The position numbers were made by a program, and so were the translations under genes. Shown here one piece after another: positions 57,517 through 63,790 of a DNA stretch of 64,000 bases; position 1 is the stretch's first letter; the number at the start of each line of letters is the position of its first letter. Source of the DNA: Candidatus Brockarchaeota archaeon (GTDB lineage Archaea; Thermoproteota; EX4484-205; JAAOZP01); NCBI GenBank assembly GCA_017601225.1, contig JAFNIX010000004.1:68507-132506 (forward strand), given 5' to 3'. The notes beneath the pieces are model-generated. The model was given only the letters and a program-made list of their open reading frames with translations. It had not been told where the DNA came from and made no database searches.

Positions 57517-59472
57517 ATGCTCAGGATAAAGGTGAACTCTAAGCTTCTAGAGGCCGGCGACAAGATTAAACTGACGATTAGACCAGGAAGGAAGGCTCCG
57601 GGAAAGATAAGGCTTTTGAAACCCGGCGGTGAACCCTTAGAGGTTGAAACAAGACTAGGGGGAAACGTTGCTACAGTCACCTACTCAGACACAGATAGGA
57701 AGGGTCTTTACGTGTTCAACATTAAGACGAATAGCAAGACGTACAAGAAATGGGTGATGGTTGGGAGCATGATGCTGGACTGGTATAGTGTTTCTGAGGA
57801 AAATGGCCGAGAAGACGTTATAAAATATCTCGATTCCTTCTCACACATCGGGAACGTGATTGTACTACACAACATAACTGGGCCTATGAAAACACTATAC
57901 CCTAGTAGAAGGTTTCCAGTCGCCAGTAAGCAGGATCCAGATTTCTTCGACTTTTTCTTGAAGGAGACCGCTAGAAGAGGCTGCGCAGTCCTTTTCTCAT
58001 ACCATTGGGTTCCAGAGACCCATGTTGACATGTGGAGGTTTCCATCCAGAGAGCAGACCTCTCAGGCCAAGATGGTGATAAGAGAACTGTATCAGCTCTA
58101 TTCCAACTATGACTCTATGGCTGGGTTCTACTCATACTGGGAGCCGGGAGACACTGCCGAACTTCCTTACTACAAAGAAACCCTAGACTATGTTAAGAAG
58201 CTGGACGACGGGCTTTTCACTGCAGCAGCACCATACTTGTTCTCAACCGAGAAATACCATGGAGGCTCATTACCATTAATGTTTTCAGCTTTATCAACTG
58301 TTGGAAGCCTGGATTGCTTAATACCTCAGTCCAGTGTGGCAGTATACCCTTATCCTTTGAACAAGACTAAGGATCATGCCGCTCTAGCCGTAGGCTCCTC
58401 AACCCCCCTAGGGAAAATCGTGCTTGGCCATGTTGAAACGTTCGCAAGGGTTTTCGTGGAAAACGAGAGGGCTCCTCCTGTAGAATTCATCAAGGGCCAG
58501 GTTTTAAGCGCATCGTTCACGAGAGGTGCTCACGGAGCTTCAACATTCATCTACTCGTTATTGTTCAAAAGGGATGAGAATACTGTTCGCTCTTTCGAAG
58601 AGGCTGTCAGGTGGCTTAAGGAAATCAGCATGTTTCGAAGAAAGCTGAGCCCAGTTGGGATCTACGCACCCTTAGACCCTGATCATTGGCCAACTGTTCT
58701 GAGTCCATTCCTGAGGAAGCTCCGGACGCTCGGTTTGGACGCTAGTGTATTGCAGCCGCCGCTCTGCAAGAATGAAAAATGGGAGAGGTTTGTTGAAGAC
58801 AATATTAGGGTAATAGTATTGCCAGATCCTCCAGAGTTAAACGAGTCTGAAACGAGGTTTTTGGGAAATTATTTGAAGAAAGGAGGGTCGATCATTGTCC
58901 TAGGCTACCCGCCTAAGGGTCTTAGACGCCTCCTAGGGGTGGAGAGCAGGAACATTGGTAAATATGGGGGTTTGAAACTGTTGGAAAAGATGGCTGACAG
59001 GGTTCCCGCAGGCACCCTCAAAAGGTTTGGTTTTGAACTCGTGTACTGCGTGACTCCGACAGAGGCAAAGCCCATAGGGGTCTATGAGTCAATACCCTCC
59101 GGGTTCCAGCCTGGCGCATACGGGATCACGAGGATGGAGAGCAGGGGAGGATGCAGGGTATTCATAGGAATACCCTCTGCAGTGGTTCTGGAAAAAGTAC
59201 CGGAACTGCTTTTAGACGCGGTTGATTCAGTGCTTTCCAGATCTGGCCTAAGGATCCCGTGGGAGATTCATGGATTGACTGAGGATTGCGACTCACTCGT
59301 TGGAGAAGACTTCATCCTGGTGGTGAACCTTTCCGAAGGAGAAATAAAGGTGACAGCCAAGCACAGGGGTGAGAACCCGCCAGCCTCCTTCGAGCTAATG
59401 GGCAGCCACCAAGGACACGTGAAGCTCGACAGGGACCGTTTAAAATTACCCTTAAGCCGTTCGAACCCATAG
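57517..59472 (+). CDS. DUF4434-like glycoside-hydrolase-type TIM-barrel protein with a C-terminal GATase1-like domain (tentative)
   Basis: The ORF opens at 57421 inside the upstream gene; ATG 57517 removes the overlap. The SMAGFYSYWEPGD segment and a later VIVLPDPPELNESE...GGSIIVLG segment are suggestive only. Confidence 0.4.
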   Translation: MLRIKVNSKLLEAGDKIKLTIRPGRKAPGKIRLLKPGGEPLEVETRLGGNVATVTYSDTDRKGLYVFNIKTNSKTYKKWVMVGSMMLDWYSVSEENGREDVIKYLDSFSHIGNVIVLHNITGPMKTLYPSRRFPVASKQDPDFFDFFLKETARRGCAVLFSYHWVPETHVDMWRFPSREQTSQAKMVIRELYQLYSNYDSMAGFYSYWEPGDTAELPYYKETLDYVKKLDDGLFTAAAPYLFSTEKYHGGSLPLMFSALSTVGSLDCLIPQSSVAVYPYPLNKTKDHAALAVGSSTPLGKIVLGHVETFARVFVENERAPPVEFIKGQVLSASFTRGAHGASTFIYSLLFKRDENTVRSFEEAVRWLKEISMFRRKLSPVGIYAPLDPDHWPTVLSPFLRKLRTLGLDASVLQPPLCKNEKWERFVEDNIRVIVLPDPPELNESETRFLGNYLKKGGSIIVLGYPPKGLRRLLGVESRNIGKYGGLKLLEKMADRVPAGTLKRFGFELVYCVTPTEAKPIGVYESIPSGFQPGAYGITRMESRGGCRVFIGIPSAVVLEKVPELLLDAVDSVLSRSGLRIPWEIHGLTEDCDSLVGEDFILVVNLSEGEIKVTAKHRGENPPASFELMGSHQGHVKLDRDRLKLPLSRSNP

Positions 59473-59527
59473 GTGTGAAGCTGGTTTTTTAACAGTTTCT
59501 TCCTAAAAATAAGTCTTATAGAAAGAA

Positions 59528-59675
59528 CTAGCGCATGCTTCACGTTTCTTATCCTTATTTTCGGCACGATCCGACCCGCCCCATTCCTAGTCCTCTTGCT
59601 GACAGCGTCTACGGATCGAAGCATCTTAAGGACCATGCTTCCAGCACGATGTTTTTTCCCAGAATCTCTCCCCGC
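59528..59675 (-). pseudogene. Relic 3' end of a TldD/PmbA-family gene (left direct repeat)
   Basis: The minus-strand translation VLKMLRSVDAVSKRTRNGAGRIVPKIRIRNVK aligns ungapped, 22/32 identical, with the C-terminus of the intact gene at 63634+. There is no upstream gene body. A 1-nt indel removes the stop, producing the read-through ORF 59268..59636. Confidence 0.6.
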
Positions 59676-59774
59676 TCAGCTACTAGCTTTTCGACTCCTA
59701 GTGTATACTGATAAGCTGACAAGAATCCTTTAATTTTTTATAATAATATATTTTATATATGCCTAAAAATTAAG

Positions 59775-59782
59775 TTTAAATA
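59775..59782 (+). promoter_or_regulatory. TATA-like box TTTAAATA (a second, TTTTATATAT, lies at 59751-59760)
   Basis: It lies within an extremely AT-rich stretch (59730-59790), with its 3' end 23 nt upstream of ATG 59805. Confidence 0.4.
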
Positions 59783-59804
59783 TTGCCATACGAAGACCTA
59801 TTGG

Positions 59805-59963
59805 ATGCTCAGCATACGTGCTATAGAGAAAGCACCCCAAGAAAGTTATGAGGCTCCTAAAGTGTTTTCACCCCTGCCAGGAGAACCAGTAGAACCATGT
59901 GGACACGCGCATGCCCATCTCAAGTATGTTGCAGATGCAGACTACGATACCTCCCCAACATAA
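59805..59963 (+). CDS. Candidate RiPP precursor peptide (52 aa, not in the ORF track)
   Basis: My own translation: MLSIRAIEKAPQESYEAPKVFSPLPGEPVEPCGHAHAHLKYVADADYDTSPT. It uses the first ATG after the in-frame stop at 59712-59714 and ends 9-12 nt before the maturase start on the same strand. Confidence 0.4.
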   Translation: MLSIRAIEKAPQESYEAPKVFSPLPGEPVEPCGHAHAHLKYVADADYDTSPT

Positions 59964-59975
59964 GATTGTATATTG

Positions 59976-61343
59976 ATGACAGGAATTTCAACAGATGATG
60001 TTTTTTCTCCAAGCCTTGGAACAAAATTACTCCAAAAAAGAGGAATTAAATATTTCTTGCTAATCAATCCAAACCTATTTTCTTGTGCAAGAATTAACCA
60101 GACCGCACGCGAGATATTTGAACTTTGTAATGGAACAAATAGCTTAGAAGACATTTCGAAAATTCTCTCCAATAAATACGGTATTGATCTTGAAAGATTG
60201 AGAAAAGATGTGGTTCAAACTACTGAGTTGCTCTATTCCTATGGTTTGCTAGTACGTCCTAATGATCCTAATCCGATTCCTCAAGACATGTTTCGAGTAG
60301 GTAACTTGGAAGAAGTCTGGATAAATGTAACCAATAAATGTAACCTGCATTGCCTGACATGTTTCAAAAATGCTGGAACCAAGTATCCAAGAGAATTAAC
60401 GGTTGAAGAAATCGAAAGTCTTGTTAAAGAAATTTCATCGAATTTTCATCATCTGACTGTAATAATTAGCGGAGGCGAGCCTACTCTAAGAGAAGACCTG
60501 ATTCATATTTTAAAAGTGATAAAGGATAACATGTTAAAGGTACATTTAATTACCAATGGCACACTGTTGACCAGGAGCATGATAAGTGAATGGAAAAGTA
60601 TTGGGGTTGATTTCGTGCAAGTTAGTTTGGACGGAAGTAAACCCGAAGTTAACGATGTCATAAGGGGGGAAGGCATTTTTCAACAAGTAGTAAACAACGT
60701 AAAGTTATTAAAGGAATTTGATCTTCGGTTCAGTTTATATCCAACAATTTGCAAACTCAATTTGGAGGACGTGCCAAACATGATAAAACTTTTTAGCGAA
60801 ATAACTGGTAGATCGCGGTTTAGCGCAGCGTTTTTTGCTCCTGTTGGAAGAGGTTCAATTAACGAAGGAGATCTCGCAGTGAGTTCAGATGATTATATCG
60901 AGTTGTTTAAGAGAATAATTAAAGACAAAAGATTAAGCCCCATGATGAGAAATTTAGAAGGTTTTGAGTCCCAAATAGATAGAGTCCCACCTAATTTGAC
61001 GAGAAAATTGAATTGTGGTCTTGGAACAGCTACCATAAGCATAGATGCAGATGGCTCAGTTTATCCCTGCCATTGGTTACATTTACCTCAATATAAGGCA
61101 GGAAACATAAGAGAAAGACGGTTCTCCGAGCTCTATTTTAAATCTGAAGTCTTACAAAGACTTCGAGGAATACGTGTGGATAAACTTGAAAATTGTGCAG
61201 AGTGTGAGATACGCTATCTCTGCGGAGGTGGTTGCAGAGCTCTTGCACTCATTAAGAATGGTTCCCTAGAAGCCAGATTTCCTTATTGTGATTTCTTTAA
61301 ATTCTATTTTGACCATGCATTATGGGGAGTGTGGGACCTGTAA
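59976..61343 (+). CDS. Radical SAM / SPASM peptide maturase with an N-terminal PqqD-like RRE domain
   Basis: The N-terminal ~95 aa (INQTAREIFELCNGTNSLEDISKILSNKYGIDLERLRKDVVQTTELLYSYGLLV) are PqqD-like. CNLHCLTC is the CxxxCxxC motif, with SGGEPTL nearby. C-terminal SPASM: CGLGTATISIDADGSVYPCH...CAECEIRYLCGGGCRA. TTG 59973 is an alternative start. Confidence 0.85.
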   Translation: MTGISTDDVFSPSLGTKLLQKRGIKYFLLINPNLFSCARINQTAREIFELCNGTNSLEDISKILSNKYGIDLERLRKDVVQTTELLYSYGLLVRPNDPNPIPQDMFRVGNLEEVWINVTNKCNLHCLTCFKNAGTKYPRELTVEEIESLVKEISSNFHHLTVIISGGEPTLREDLIHILKVIKDNMLKVHLITNGTLLTRSMISEWKSIGVDFVQVSLDGSKPEVNDVIRGEGIFQQVVNNVKLLKEFDLRFSLYPTICKLNLEDVPNMIKLFSEITGRSRFSAAFFAPVGRGSINEGDLAVSSDDYIELFKRIIKDKRLSPMMRNLEGFESQIDRVPPNLTRKLNCGLGTATISIDADGSVYPCHWLHLPQYKAGNIRERRFSELYFKSEVLQRLRGIRVDKLENCAECEIRYLCGGGCRALALIKNGSLEARFPYCDFFKFYFDHALWGVWDL

Positions 61344-61344
61344 A

Positions 61345-62427
61345 ATGAATGCTATAGAAACCCAAAACCTCACAAGAGTGTTTGAAAGATATAACTATAC
61401 TGACACGCAGGTAAGTATGGATAGAGAGGATAATCCGGGCGGCCTATTTTTGTCGCTTTATAACAGATACTTCAATAAAAATGTCAAAAAAGAGACGATC
61501 TATGCGGTTAATGAAGTAAGTATCAAAGTGAAAAAAGGTCAGTTAGTTTGCATTCTAGGGCCAAATGGATGTGGAAAAACAACCTTGTTAAGAGTCCTTG
61601 CGACCCTATTGAAGCCAACTCAAGGAACTGCCTACATCATGGGTCATGATGTCGTTAAAGAAGAAAAAGTGATCTGGAGATATGTAACCTATGTGGCCGG
61701 ATTGCTTACCGGGGGGGCTTGGATGGATTTCCGCCTTACGCCAAAGGATATTCTCACGATTCAAGCGAGGCTGTATGGTTTTCCGGAAGAAAGGATCAGA
61801 GACGCGCTTGAACTTTCAAGACTTATAGATGTCGCAAATGTTAGGGTCTCCACATTTTCCACAGGCATGCTTGCTAGGCTCTCCGTCGCAATAGGTTTGC
61901 TGAGGGACTCGCCGGTCTACCTTTTAGATGAACCTATGGTTGGAATTTCAAAGGATGTTACTGAAGAGTTATATTCTTACGTGAAAAATAATATTCAAAA
62001 AAGGGCAGGAGCCACATTCTTATATGCGACAAATAACGTACTTGAAGCTCAACGTCTAGCTGATGAGATCATAATGATGTATAGGGGTAAGGTTATTGCC
62101 CAAGGAAAGGTAGATGAACTCATTACAAAGTTCTTTAAAGAACAAGCGATCGATATCGAAATTTCCAATTGTTCGTCCGATATCTTAAAGTCGATAGATA
62201 GTCTACCGAAAGTCTCAAAGATAATAAATCTTACAAGCAAAAACGAATCTGATATTACTTTAGTGATATACACTGCATCCCCCAGAGAGATTTTACCAAT
62301 CCTAATTCGAGAGATTTTAGAAAAGAATGGAGAGATCAGATACATAAAAGTTCGCGAGCCCACTTTAGAAGATGTCTTTATCAAAGTTATGAAAGAAAAA
62401 TCGAAGGAGGGTGAAGTTGCAAGTTGA
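61345..62427 (+). CDS. ABC transporter ATP-binding protein (ABC-2 type) with a C-terminal accessory domain
   Basis: GPNGCGKTT Walker A, FSTGMLARLS signature variant, VYLLDEP Walker B. ATG 61345 starts 1 nt after the maturase stop. The track ORF opens at 61288 inside the maturase gene. Confidence 0.8.
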   Translation: MNAIETQNLTRVFERYNYTDTQVSMDREDNPGGLFLSLYNRYFNKNVKKETIYAVNEVSIKVKKGQLVCILGPNGCGKTTLLRVLATLLKPTQGTAYIMGHDVVKEEKVIWRYVTYVAGLLTGGAWMDFRLTPKDILTIQARLYGFPEERIRDALELSRLIDVANVRVSTFSTGMLARLSVAIGLLRDSPVYLLDEPMVGISKDVTEELYSYVKNNIQKRAGATFLYATNNVLEAQRLADEIIMMYRGKVIAQGKVDELITKFFKEQAIDIEISNCSSDILKSIDSLPKVSKIINLTSKNESDITLVIYTASPREILPILIREILEKNGEIRYIKVREPTLEDVFIKVMKEKSKEGEVAS

Positions 62428-63293
62428 GATTTCAGCAACTATGTACAAAGATCCGATTTTACATGCATCACTTCTTCAGATTCTTTATCTTTAATCTATT
62501 AATGCGGTATTATTGGATGGAGTGGATGTTGCCTTTCCACATCGTTAATCTGATTATCGGAGTATCCACATGGATATTCTTCGCCAACACCTTTGGAAGT
62601 TCCAGTCCATTTCTTCAAAATTATGGTAATGATTTCATCTCGTTTTTAATTTTGGGTTTAATGTTTAATAGCCTGTTTGCCTATACTCTAGATGGCTTTC
62701 GCATTTCGACACTTCTTTTCTTGAGGGGAAGGATTGGGAGCATGGGACAGCATTTAAGCATGTACGATTATGTAAAACTTTGTGGAATACCGGTCTCCGT
62801 GCCAATTCTCGCATGGTTAATTGACGGCTATATAGAGACATCTATAACTTTACTTGTTTACCTTATCGCCGGCATTATCTTCGGTCTAAATATTGGTTCT
62901 GGTAATTATCTTGTAGCGCTTGTCGGCATATTGATTGGATTGTTTGCAGTGGCAGGAATTGGACTACTTTCAGCAAGCATGATAACGATTGCTGGAGCTT
63001 GGAAAGGAATCGAACCTATAAGTTGGCTCGTCAAATTGTTAGTTGGCTTACTGGCAGGCGTGTATTTTCCGACAGAAGCACTTCCAGATAGTCTGCAACT
63101 TATTTCTCTACTATTACCACATACCTATGCACTTAAGATAGCACGAATGGCCCTCTTGACGGGTTTCGGTTTTGAAAGCTTGATCTCAGAGTTTCTAGCA
63201 GTTTCATTAATGAGTTTGATTCTTTTTCCACTTGGGATAATAGTATACAGGTACTCGATCGCTCTGATAAAGATAAAGACGCTCGTTGAATAG
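62424..63293 (+). CDS. ABC-2-type transporter permease
   Basis: 289 aa with about 6 hydrophobic helices. The TTG start overlaps the ATPase TGA (TTGA); ATG 62463 is an alternative. Confidence 0.65.
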   Translation: MRFQQLCTKIRFYMHHFFRFFIFNLLMRYYWMEWMLPFHIVNLIIGVSTWIFFANTFGSSSPFLQNYGNDFISFLILGLMFNSLFAYTLDGFRISTLLFLRGRIGSMGQHLSMYDYVKLCGIPVSVPILAWLIDGYIETSITLLVYLIAGIIFGLNIGSGNYLVALVGILIGLFAVAGIGLLSASMITIAGAWKGIEPISWLVKLLVGLLAGVYFPTEALPDSLQLISLLLPHTYALKIARMALLTGFGFESLISEFLAVSLMSLILFPLGIIVYRYSIALIKIKTLVE

Positions 63294-63310
63294 TTCACTT
63301 CAAGAAACGC

Positions 63311-63326
63311 TTTTTGGCGTTCAAAA
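63311..63326 (+). terminator. Small hairpin with a T-run just after the permease stop
   Basis: AACGC-TTTTTG-GCGTT starts 18 nt after TAG 63291-63293. The stem is weak (5 bp). Confidence 0.25.
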
Positions 63327-63633
63327 CGGACAATATCCTTCTGAAGTAGCAGTTGCGCCATTCGGTTAAGGCCTGTCTCTTAAGGGCGATGAGAGCCAGC
63401 GGGGGCATTCCAATACTGATATGCGAGGGAAGACGACATAGGCTTGGCGCGTTTGTTGACTCCGGGATAGATGCGGCAAAAGTTTAAATTGTTCCAACTG
63501 GAGTATAGCGCGCGCTAGTGTTTTCTAGCGATTGAGGCGTGTGAACAAACTGGCATAGGGTGCTCGGAATCCGGTTTGCGGAGAGGCACTGGGGACTTCG
63601 ATGAGCGCGCGCCATTCAACCATTTTTCGTATC

Positions 63634-63790
63634 CTAACCGCTTACCTTCACTTTTCCTATCCTTATTTTCGGCGCGACCCGCCCCGCCTCGTTCCTAGTC
63701 CTCCTGCCAACAGCGTCCACAGATTGAAGCATTTCAAAAACGGTGCTTCCAACCATAGCGTTCTTCACAGGATGCTTCACCTCCCCGTTT
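63634..63790 (-). repeat. Right direct repeat (3' end of the intact TldD/PmbA gene)
   Basis: It shares the identical 16-mer tatccttattttcggc (63658-63673 versus 59550-59565, 4108 bp apart). By eye, identity is about three quarters over roughly 110-150 nt. Confidence 0.6.

Larger units (their letters stand above)
59528..63790. mobile_element. Putative integrated or remnant genomic islet carrying a RiPP-like cassette (no integrase seen)
   Basis: It is bracketed by direct repeats at 59528-59675 and 63634-63790. The cargo is AT-richer: spot counts of single 60-nt lines give about 30-40% GC, against about 50% in the flank. Confidence 0.4.

Noticed and set aside
59268-59636. 122-aa minus-strand ORF from the track, overlapping the end of the 57517..59472 gene
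   Set aside because: Only its first ~35 codons resemble anything, namely a TldD/PmbA C-terminus. The rest is read-through caused by a lost stop, and it runs antisense into a well-supported gene. I treat it as a relic or pseudogene fragment, not a gene.
59897-59998. Alternative 33-codon Cys-rich ORF (MWTRACPSQVCCRCRLRYLPNIRLYIDDRNFNR) in another frame, and a 14-codon ORF at 59848 (MRLLKCFHPCQENQ), as precursor candidates
   Set aside because: In the 33-codon ORF the cysteines sit at the extreme N-terminus, leaving no leader for the RRE, and it overlaps the maturase start. The 14-codon ORF is too short to carry a leader. Both are embedded in the longer 52-codon frame, which has better promoter geometry. 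They are deprioritised, not strictly excluded.
59528-63790. An integrase, transposase or recombinase inside the putative islet
   Set aside because: I looked for one. All ORFs of meaningful size are accounted for (rSAM-SPASM, ABC ATPase, ABC-2 permease), and no tyrosine or serine recombinase or DDE motifs are visible. The mobile-element call therefore stays at low confidence.
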